Of a stretch of 64,000 bases of DNA, positions 55,802-64,000 are shown piece after piece. A program made the translations under genes and the position numbers. The stretch's first letter is position 1. The number at the start of each line of letters is the position of its first letter. Below the pieces are notes generated by a model, which saw only the letters and a program-made list of their open reading frames with translations, made no database searches and was not told the origin of the DNA. Where the stretch lies: positions 1-64,000 of the IMG/VR virus record IMGVR_UViG_3300025646_005060; one strand, 5' to 3'. This DNA is from a virus.

Positions 55802-57546
55802 TATAGTAGTGTTATGTTATTTGCGTTGAATGACGTTAAATTATTCAGTCCACTGCGGAATGTCTTGTATCTGAAATAGATTTTCAATCTGGCACTGGTT
55901 CCTGGAGAAATGATTCCAGATTTAATATTCAACACACCCTTAGATGCTATGAAATAACCAAAGTCTCCAGTCAACTGCTGTTCAGTTCCTGTCGTTTCGT
56001 TTTGGGTCCAAAGTTGAAGAGCAATTCTTGTATTCTTTGCTGATGTTGTCTGTGCGTATATCTTGAATACACCCTTGGTTCCTGCTGGTTGTGCTCCAAA
56101 TGTATTCACGTCAAGATCAAATGGTTCTGAGATATCGGTAGGAGTAAATAGTGGAAGATAGAATTCATTTTCAAGATTGAATGTGTATTCTCTTCCAGCA
56201 TTGATATCTTCCTGTAGATATATCTCAAAGTCATCTGTGGATATTATGAGTTCATTTTCATATTCCTCTTGTGCTCGCGTAATGAAATCTGAAGCACTGA
56301 AGAAAATATTGTATGAGTTTTGTACTGCAAATTCGCTATTGAATAGTGAGCGAATTCCACTCAACACCGAAGAACGATTCGAAGTAGTCGAAGATATCTT
56401 GAAGTTGAAATCAGTATAAATGTTTATTGAATTTGATTCAATGTATTCTGGAAGTACGGTAATGACACTTCTTTCTTTCAAGAAGTTTATCATTTCCGCT
56501 ATTTCTTCTTCGGTCAAACTTTCATTTGAAGCAATGAACACTCTTCCAAATCTGGATGGAGATAGATCTTGACCTCCGAACACATTGAATTTTGTCTCGT
56601 CTGTGAAGAACCCTGCTTCAAGTAGAAGTGCTTTGTAGTCGTTGGGAGTTACTGCTCTCTCCTGAGCGGAGAACCATTTGGGTGCTAGAAAACGAACACT
56701 GTCAAGATCTGGATTATTTTTTCCACCACTTGCCTGTGAAACGGTAATCACTATTGCTCCTGGAAGAGTGAAATTGATCAAACCATTTCCAGATACACCA
56801 TTTGTTTCCAAATAACGAACCCTGATACTTGATGTGTCTTCTCCGATTGCCTTTCCTAGAGAATTCACGGAACCAAAAACGACTGCGAATCCATTTGGTG
56901 TTCTTTCTATGAAGTAGATTCTTTCATCTACTTGTGAAGCATATCCGATGGAATCCACCTTTGTCCAGACATACTCAATCTCATCCTCAACGGTGATTAC
57001 ACGAATCGTGCTCAAATCAAAAGAATCAGTGACAAATACAATCTTTTGATTATCAAAGTCAAAGTCTGGAAACACTTCGGCATCAATGTATGCAGAAGCT
57101 TCGTATATATTGAAAGAAGAAGCAGATCCATCAATTACTGGAATATCTTCAAGTGTGAATAGAGAAAACTGTACACCATCAGAGTTTTTAGAAGTAAACT
57201 GAGTTCCTTCTGCCAATGATGTTATGGAAGCACCAAGTCCAGCAACACTGACCGTAGCAATCGCGGCAGTTCTTGCGGGAACGGTATACCCTAATGGTTT
57301 AACCAATGAAATGACCGAAGATTCTCTCTGTGCGCTGTCAAGAAATGCTTCGGCATTGATTATATTCGCATAGTAGGCATAAAAGTAAGTGTTATATGCC
57401 ATGAGATCAATCATGGTCCGTAGAGCACTTCCTTCAAAGTTATATCCAGAAAATATTGACTGATTTCTTAAATAATCAGTCAGACTCTTTTTGATATCTG
57501 TGAACTCTAAATTGCCTAAAGTTGTTGGTGTTCTGGATACTGCCAT
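55801..57546 (-). CDS. gp6: Baseplate wedge protein gp6
   Basis: LEF.DIK.SL..YL, YNFEGS, LMAYNT, FLDSA, Q.RAVT..DY and GRVFI. Confidence 0.93.
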   Translation of the reverse strand: MAVSRTPTTLGNLEFTDIKKSLTDYLRNQSIFSGYNFEGSALRTMIDLMAYNTYFYAYYANIINAEAFLDSAQRESSVISLVKPLGYTVPARTAAIATVSVAGLGASITSLAEGTQFTSKNSDGVQFSLFTLEDIPVIDGSASSFNIYEASAYIDAEVFPDFDFDNQKIVFVTDSFDLSTIRVITVEDEIEYVWTKVDSIGYASQVDERIYFIERTPNGFAVVFGSVNSLGKAIGEDTSSIRVRYLETNGVSGNGLINFTLPGAIVITVSQASGGKNNPDLDSVRFLAPKWFSAQERAVTPNDYKALLLEAGFFTDETKFNVFGGQDLSPSRFGRVFIASNESLTEEEIAEMINFLKERSVITVLPEYIESNSINIYTDFNFKISSTTSNRSSVLSGIRSLFNSEFAVQNSYNIFFSASDFITRAQEEYENELIISTDDFEIYLQEDINAGREYTFNLENEFYLPLFTPTDISEPFDLDVNTFGAQPAGTKGVFKIYAQTTSAKNTRIALQLWTQNETTGTEQQLTGDFGYFIASKGVLNIKSGIISPGTSARLKIYFRYKTFRSGLNNLTSFNANNITLL

Positions 57547-57941
57547 TATCTGTTCCTTGATATTTGAATATTTATTTCATCTTGAACATTTCCTTCTTCC
57601 AAGAGATAACTAAAATATAAAGTTATAGTATTTGGCAAGTCTGGGTCAAATTCAAACCGAATGTCCCGAATTGAAATTCTTGGTTCATATCCAGCAAATG
57701 CACTTTGAATTCTTGCTTGCATCTCTATGTGCATTTCCGATGTGTTGTTTTCAAACAACGAATTGAATAGATTACATCCAAATCCATAATCAAATGGTCT
57801 TTCTCCGACATTTGACAACAGAATGTTCTTAATTGATTGACGAACCGCACTTAAATTACGAGAAATGTTCAAATCACCAGTAAACGTATTGCTACTGATA
57901 AAGAACGGAATGTCTGCGTAATTGTTGGTAAATGCTTTCAT
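57546..57941 (-). CDS. gp25: Baseplate wedge protein gp25
   Basis: AVRQSIKNILL...GERPF...FG and YEPRI. Confidence 0.93.
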   Translation of the reverse strand: MKAFTNNYADIPFFISSNTFTGDLNISRNLSAVRQSIKNILLSNVGERPFDYGFGCNLFNSLFENNTSEMHIEMQARIQSAFAGYEPRISIRDIRFEFDPDLPNTITLYFSYLLEEGNVQDEINIQISRNR

Positions 57942-57949
57942 ATAATTAT

Positions 57950-60900
57950 TTAGGTTAAAACAAATGGTTTGACTGGAGATGTTATATCGTTTGGATCAAA
58001 ATAATTAGAGTCTCTTACTAGGGTGAGAATCATGTAATATGTTCTCGGAGTCGCGAACATGTGTTGGATTCCCGAAACCATCCAAGTTCCAGAAATTGCC
58101 TTATATTGATCTTGCGTATATAAAGGAGCATCATTTTCATTGATGACCGATACCAAAGATCCAACATTGACAACCGAATTTGAAGTGACTTTAATTCTGA
58201 TTTGCTGAGAACTCAACTGAGCAGAATGGGCATTTCTCATGAGTGGAACTTCATAAGGTGTTTCCCAGAAAGTCGCATATGTTCTGGTATATGCCAGATA
58301 TTCATTGAACTTCTCTCCCCACTCTGGACAATTACAACTACATGTAGATTCTGGATCAGAATACTCACAACCAAGATATTCCTCCCCAAGAACTTCTTCA
58401 ATCATCGCACATTCATTGATTTCCTTTTCCAGTCTGTACAGTTCCAAATATGTTGGTTCTGTTTCTGTTGGTTTTACGTTCTGTGCTGGACAGTTACAGT
58501 AGTAGTTCGTATTTGGACAACCATCGGAATTTACAATAACTTGATTTGGATTTGCACAGGAAAGACCTAAATCGTTACATGTACGAAGTCTTGACTTGGC
58601 AAATACCACAAATTGTGCTGCAAAGTTACGATCAAAGAATTCGTACTCTGTATCCACTGGTGGAGTGATCAATCCATATTCAGTCTCACCACTGAGATCA
58701 TATTTCCAGAGATCTGTCGCAACCAATCCTGGTCTGTAAAGATTGTAATTTCCAGCGATATAATTCATCAGAGATTCGTGGAAATAACCTTGTAAGTCGG
58801 TTGTGTACGGAGAAATGGAATCTCCATCTTTGCCTTCAATAAAGAATGTAAGGTCTGGAGCACTGTTTTCCATCAATGCCTTTGTTGTTGGATTGTTGTC
58901 CAAGGTCAACCAGGTTTCAAATTCACTTCCATACCAAGTTCTCCAGTAATTTGGATTGATTGTGAATATTGCCTTGCCACCAAACAAGTCTCTTGCCTTG
59001 GTATTTGGAGTCTTGAACATATTCGCAAAACGAATTGGTATGAATAGATTTCTTGGCACAAACAACGACCACCACGAACGGTGTGGTTTTAACTTACGAT
59101 AACTGTTTGGAAGAATATAAGATCCTACAACTGACGTTCTATAAAGTGGATCAAATTGCTTGCCAGAAGAAACCCCGTAGTGGTATAGAGATTCCATCCA
59201 GTCTTGAGACTCATTCTCAAAGTAGTATCCACCACCCATGTGGAAATCTAGATCATACCCTCCACCATGAAGATCTTCTTGTGCTGGATCGTATGCGTAA
59301 TATGGATAATCAGTTTCAAATCCAGGTTCAGGCCAAAGATCCATGCCATTGTAATCTGGTGTTAGATAATCTGCCTTTGACAAAACAGATCCAGTATCGT
59401 GATTCCACCAGTTGTAATAATTGCCCTTGTTAATGCCTTGTAATTTGCGATTGCTTGGAAGATCATCCTTGATCTTCTTTACGGCAACATCAAATCCGTA
59501 AGGATCCATTCCAATGACGGCAATATTGTACTTGACACCTTGTCTTCCGAATGGACCAGGAGTTACATTCACAAGATATGGCAAGAAGTATTCAATACCA
59601 GCATCACGGATGAACGCATTTGGGAAATCCTTAATTGTATCAAGACCGATGGGCGTATTGAATTCAATTCTGACATAAGAAGAGATTTCTTCCTTCTTGA
59701 CATTTGCTGGTTTCCTTCCAGTCACATCATAGAAGTTGTAAGTGTCTTTAAAATCAGTAAGAGTTCCAGAAAGATCCGATTGTGCCTGTCCATACGAACT
59801 ATTCAGCAATCTGCTTGCTGGAACTATGTTGTTTGGATTGTGAGAATACAAATCAATATGAGCAACACCAGGAACTACTGCTTCATTTCCAGAATACGAT
59901 GGATAATAATTTCCAGCATTTGCCGTAAATGAAGTATTATCAATAAAGAATGTAAAGTCATCTGTTCCATCTGCGTCAGTTCTTCCGAACCAAACATGAG
60001 GAGATCTTGATGTCACAAATGGTTGAGAATTATACCCCTGATCGTAGTATGGATGTGCTGTAGAACCAGCATCTCCTCCGAAGAATATTTCATACAACCA
60101 CTCTCCCGCAGAAGCACCAGTGATTCCTACCTTGTTTGATAAGAGTTCGTATCTACTTCCACGAATTTCTTTTCTTGTTATTTTCTTTACATTCTGAAGA
60201 GAAAGAGGTGAATTTATACCAGAAACACCTGTTTGTTCGTTTCTGAATATCGAAGCACCTGGATTCTTCGAGAAGAAGAAAGCATTTCTCTGATACCACT
60301 CTTGATAAGAAGTGTTCCAAGAATTGATAAATTTGCTTGCTATTTCTGATTTGAGTTTTTCTGTTAATTCAAACTCTACAAGCAACAATTGTTTTTCAAC
60401 TACTACTGTTCTTCTTAGAGTTTCCAGAGAAACGGGACTGAGACATGTCGTGTTGTAGCATTGTACATTTTCTAAACATTCTTTGGTCGTGTTTCTAATT
60501 TCTTCGTCGGTGATTGCTGGTATCAATCCAGATTCTGATCCATAATCAAAGAACGACCAATCCTTGACACCATCATCCCAAAGATATGGAGCAGCGTAAT
60601 CATATATAGGAGAATACTCAGATGCTGCTTGTCGGTTGATGTGTTTGATGTATCCACGAACAACTGGATCGTTTGAGCATTGTGCCAGTAGATTGGGATT
60701 TACATAAACCACATCTTCGTCTGTTGGCAATCCAGATGGTCCTGTGGGTCCAGTTGGTCCTGTGGGTCCAGTTGGTCCAGTTGGACCAGGAGTTCCAGGA
60801 ACGATTATAACGGTTACGTCGTCATCTACTATACACTCTGAACAATTTTCAACTACAGATCCTAGGAAATCTTGAGTTCCACAAAATCCATTTGGAAGAG

Positions 60901-63736
60901 GAACACAAACACTCACACCAAATGCCGCAACACTTAAGCAGCAATTTTCAACTCCGTCGTCTGGAGTTCCTGGATCGTATGTACATTGTTCTGGATCTTC
61001 AATGCTATAACCACGAGCTGGATTTTCTGCTGCCAATGCCGCACATTCTGGAATTGGAATAAATGCTGGATAGCTTGGATCTCCTGCTTGTGCTCCACGA
61101 ATACAACACCATGTACAGTTTTCTGGGTTGGTGTCACAATCGTAACTTTCACATGTCAGGAATCCATTATCATCAATACAAGATGTTCCTGGTCCTTGCC
61201 ATTGTCCACCAGAACATCCTGCTTCTATTTCTATGCTGCAATTTCCAAAATTACCAAATGTACCTTCGCGACAACATGCTCCACCCGCACATGCGTCTTC
61301 TGACCATGCTTGTGCGATACTCGCACCTGGTCCAAATGAATAATATCCCTGACATCCATACGAATTGTTAGCCCAGTCTGGTGGGTATTGTGGAAGATCA
61401 TTATATGGTAAATTTCCATTAACTATAGCACCATAATAAGAACATGAACCTTCTAATATATACGATTCATTCGGATTACCTGTACAATATTGACAACATC
61501 CCTCACCGCCTGCAAAATTGGAAAATCTATAGGTGAGTTGATTTCCATTTGGATCTTCTCCAAAAACAACAACACCCAATCCTTTGTTTATAGGAATGGC
61601 AGTATATGGGACAAGACCGTATTCTTGTTCAGATATAGGCCACTGTCTGGTTTCGCTTCCAATGAATGGTCCTAGATTTTCTCCTGGGAAAGAATCTCCG
61701 ACATATCTAAATCCTTGAGAAAGATCAACTGGTCTATAAGAATCCGACTGTTTGTCAATAGTTGCTTTATCTAGGATCTGTATGGCATTGAATTTATATT
61801 GATTTACATTTCCCAAAAATAGATCAATATCATTAATTCTTTTGCTGATCTTTTGAAGGAGTATATTATAGAGATTTAAAGATCTTTGTAGTGCGTATTT
61901 TTTATATGCTGCTGGTGCTTCTGGTCCAACTATATTGAAGAACTGACCAATTGTTTCATTGTATGGTGCTTTTGTAAGATCATACGAGTATGTTAGACCA
62001 TACTGATTTGCAGTATTGCCTGGATCGTAGTTGATTAGATCTGTGAAAGATCCAGCAGCAACGATCTTATATTCGTCTTCTTTGATTGATCCATAGATGC
62101 CAGTTGCTCCAAAGAGTGCCTGATATGTAATGCCATCAATTGGTCCTGGGTTTTCCAGAATTTCTAAATCTTCCTTGGAACCAAGAGGTCCATCGGCATG
62201 ACAGCAGACGGTACATCTATACGTTTCCCATTTTCGTTTGATGTCTTTTTTCTCTGCGTATTCTTGTCTTTTCGCTTTAAGTGGAACACGAATCTCTTTG
62301 TGTATCTTTTCAAATGTAGAGAATGTAAGGTCTGTCAAATCAAATTGAGGTTGCCATGCCTTCCTCGACCAAGGAGAACTTGCTCTGTGGTTATATACTT
62401 CCCACTTGACTGGATGTGGATTGTTGAGTACTTTTTCGCTAAAGTATCCATATATCTCATCATCTACTTTTGAATTCTGTTTGGCAGTTGTGAGTTCGTT
62501 GAATGGTGAAGTATCAATATCATCCGAAACTAGTTTATTCTTCTCAATATGCTCTATTCTGGAGTAATCTCTATGATAATCATAGGTTACGGTTTTCTTG
62601 ATAAAGCAATCATCGCTACTTGTGAAGTCAATGTAAGGATTAGTATAGTCTGGATCAATTCTCTCATAATAAGAAAACAAACCACCAGAATCATACAACC
62701 ACTGAATATTATTTTGACTCAACACTTCGTAGTTGTGAATTCTCTTTGGATTGTTTTGATCAATCGTAATTAAGAATGTATCGTCAAGTTCTGAATTCTT
62801 TTCCTTTAAGATCTTGGAAAGAGATCTGAAGTTCCATCCGTTTCTATCGTGCCAGCAGTAATAATCTGCATACAGAGTAGGAGCATACAAGTCAAGAACA
62901 TCAACAAATGACAATACTCCAAGAGGATGTCCATTTGTTCCAGTGCCATCCCAGGCATACTTTGAGATATAATTGAGCATTTGAGTGATTCTCATTTGCC
63001 CTTTTCTCTTCATCCAGGGGTAAGAGACATGATCGTGCTTCAACCATATGCCATTCTTGGCAGAGTCAATCTTTCCAATTGGCAATTTATAATATTCAAA
63101 AAGAACATTTATAAGTCCAACTTCAGATTCGCCAAACACAAACTCACTTATACTTTGTATTGCTGTAGAAATTAATCCCTGATTTCCTTCTTGATCTGTT
63201 GCTATTTTTCCAACAAAGTCTTCATTGTCATTGAGAAATGATGTTGTATAGTTTGGAAGAAATATTTCAGAACTAATGAGATCCAACTTCCAAAGACTAT
63301 ATCTCTCATCCAATGTGGTATAGTCAGTTTGCTTTGCTTCGTTTGTTATATTTTTTGCAGCATGGATATGAAATCTAAATTCGGTGACATCTTCCGAATC
63401 ACCAATTTTTACCTTTAAGACTAAAGTGTCTTTTCCATTTAATTTAATTTCATTAGTCCAGTTTCTAACATCATACAACACTACAGAACCAGTCATCGGT
63501 CCAACAAACAAAGATTCCTCAAATGTCATGGAAACTAAAGGAGAATCTGTATATACTTCAGATTCCCAAGGAATTATTGTGAAGGATGTGTTAAAAAAGA
63601 ATGAAGATCCAGATTCAATGTATAGTTCTTGAATTCTTGATTCTGCTGGACTGATTGGATTTGGCAAATCTGGTGTAGGAGTGAAATAATCAGAAATTGC
63701 CTGTCCAAGTAATGATGCTAAAGAAAATATAGACAT
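57950..63736 (-). CDS. Giant baseplate hub-like (gp27-type) protein with Cys-rich and collagen insertions
   Basis: N-terminal ESLF...TGSV..D and ..FRSL, C-terminal ISGTWMVSGIQH...L.RDS typical of T4-like hub proteins; internal GACC and GPT repeats. Confidence 0.6.
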   Translation of the reverse strand: MSIFSLASLLGQAISDYFTPTPDLPNPISPAESRIQELYIESGSSFFFNTSFTIIPWESEVYTDSPLVSMTFEESLFVGPMTGSVVLYDVRNWTNEIKLNGKDTLVLKVKIGDSEDVTEFRFHIHAAKNITNEAKQTDYTTLDERYSLWKLDLISSEIFLPNYTTSFLNDNEDFVGKIATDQEGNQGLISTAIQSISEFVFGESEVGLINVLFEYYKLPIGKIDSAKNGIWLKHDHVSYPWMKRKGQMRITQMLNYISKYAWDGTGTNGHPLGVLSFVDVLDLYAPTLYADYYCWHDRNGWNFRSLSKILKEKNSELDDTFLITIDQNNPKRIHNYEVLSQNNIQWLYDSGGLFSYYERIDPDYTNPYIDFTSSDDCFIKKTVTYDYHRDYSRIEHIEKNKLVSDDIDTSPFNELTTAKQNSKVDDEIYGYFSEKVLNNPHPVKWEVYNHRASSPWSRKAWQPQFDLTDLTFSTFEKIHKEIRVPLKAKRQEYAEKKDIKRKWETYRCTVCCHADGPLGSKEDLEILENPGPIDGITYQALFGATGIYGSIKEDEYKIVAAGSFTDLINYDPGNTANQYGLTYSYDLTKAPYNETIGQFFNIVGPEAPAAYKKYALQRSLNLYNILLQKISKRINDIDLFLGNVNQYKFNAIQILDKATIDKQSDSYRPVDLSQGFRYVGDSFPGENLGPFIGSETRQWPISEQEYGLVPYTAIPINKGLGVVVFGEDPNGNQLTYRFSNFAGGEGCCQYCTGNPNESYILEGSCSYYGAIVNGNLPYNDLPQYPPDWANNSYGCQGYYSFGPGASIAQAWSEDACAGGACCREGTFGNFGNCSIEIEAGCSGGQWQGPGTSCIDDNGFLTCESYDCDTNPENCTWCCIRGAQAGDPSYPAFIPIPECAALAAENPARGYSIEDPEQCTYDPGTPDDGVENCCLSVAAFGVSVCVPLPNGFCGTQDFLGSVVENCSECIVDDDVTVIIVPGTPGPTGPTGPTGPTGPTGPSGLPTDEDVVYVNPNLLAQCSNDPVVRGYIKHINRQAASEYSPIYDYAAPYLWDDGVKDWSFFDYGSESGLIPAITDEEIRNTTKECLENVQCYNTTCLSPVSLETLRRTVVVEKQLLLVEFELTEKLKSEIASKFINSWNTSYQEWYQRNAFFFSKNPGASIFRNEQTGVSGINSPLSLQNVKKITRKEIRGSRYELLSNKVGITGASAGEWLYEIFFGGDAGSTAHPYYDQGYNSQPFVTSRSPHVWFGRTDADGTDDFTFFIDNTSFTANAGNYYPSYSGNEAVVPGVAHIDLYSHNPNNIVPASRLLNSSYGQAQSDLSGTLTDFKDTYNFYDVTGRKPANVKKEEISSYVRIEFNTPIGLDTIKDFPNAFIRDAGIEYFLPYLVNVTPGPFGRQGVKYNIAVIGMDPYGFDVAVKKIKDDLPSNRKLQGINKGNYYNWWNHDTGSVLSKADYLTPDYNGMDLWPEPGFETDYPYYAYDPAQEDLHGGGYDLDFHMGGGYYFENESQDWMESLYHYGVSSGKQFDPLYRTSVVGSYILPNSYRKLKPHRSWWSLFVPRNLFIPIRFANMFKTPNTKARDLFGGKAIFTINPNYWRTWYGSEFETWLTLDNNPTTKALMENSAPDLTFFIEGKDGDSISPYTTDLQGYFHESLMNYIAGNYNLYRPGLVATDLWKYDLSGETEYGLITPPVDTEYEFFDRNFAAQFVVFAKSRLRTCNDLGLSCANPNQVIVNSDGCPNTNYYCNCPAQNVKPTETEPTYLELYRLEKEINECAMIEEVLGEEYLGCEYSDPESTCSCNCPEWGEKFNEYLAYTRTYATFWETPYEVPLMRNAHSAQLSSQQIRIKVTSNSVVNVGSLVSVINENDAPLYTQDQYKAISGTWMVSGIQHMFATPRTYYMILTLVRDSNYFDPNDITSPVKPFVLT

Positions 63737-63738
63737 AA

Positions 63739-64000
63739 TTAAACTAGTACCTTAAATGATCTACCTATCTGATTTGTTTCCAATGCCGTCTGAATAGTCG
63801 CCATTACACTATTTAGATAATCTGCCTTGAGTACTTTGATCTTTTGACTTTCAAATCTGGAAACGACTAATTCTTCGCTTAGATATTTGTATCGTATATT
63901 TGTCGTAGTTGGCGATCCATCATTTGTCACATAATCATAAAGAACAGTATCCGAGAAGTTGGAGGTAACTGCATCAGTTGGATCTGTATATGTTTCAGAT
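63739..64000 (-). CDS. gp53-like baseplate wedge protein (5' end outside the window)
   Basis: Frame stays open to the window edge; C-terminal E...KIKVLK..Y pattern and position. Confidence 0.5.
   Translation of the reverse strand, partial: SETYTDPTDAVTSNFSDTVLYDYVTNDGSPTTTNIRYKYLSEELVVSRFESQKIKVLKADYLNSVMATIQTALETNQIGRSFKVLV

Noticed and set aside
1-64000. Stop-codon reassignment, introns or inteins
   Set aside because: Core genes (gp17, gp20, gp23, gp46, uvsW) are intact and of normal length under the standard code
1-64000. tRNA, rRNA, integrase or IS elements
   Set aside because: Intergenic gaps are very short and no such motifs were recognised by eye; tRNAscan/Infernal were not run

Overview
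The window is part of a large T4-like (Tevenvirinae/Kyanoviridae-type) myophage genome, and essentially every gene is on the minus strand. In transcription order (64 kb to 1 kb) it holds: a baseplate module (gp53-like partial, a 1928-aa gp27-like hub, gp25, gp6, gp7-like, gp8); a set of very Cys-rich, collagen- and DUF1566/Lcl-containing fibre-like proteins; neck, tail, packaging and head genes (gp13-gp23, gp3); recombination, replication and transcription genes (uvsY, uvsW, gp55, gp47, gp46, gp45, gp44, gp62, regA); a ~12-kb, 14-gene glycosylation island; and two fibre genes, one collagen-like and cut by the window edge. The most notable inferred system is a late-expressed, phage-encoded virion glycosylation pathway: a GT2-TPR protein glycosyltransferase, GDP-mannose 3,5-epimerase, two GT10 enzymes, further glycosyltransferases and three methyltransferases. 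Its candidate acceptors are G-x-T(S/C) motifs scattered through the structural proteins. Also notable are three adjacent fibre genes with matching 10-11-triplet collagen segments (possible heterotrimer), a late promoter inside an RBS-occluding hairpin at gp13, and apparently leaderless and antisense sigma70 promoters around gp55/uvsY. All family assignments come from motif recognition by eye; no searches were run.
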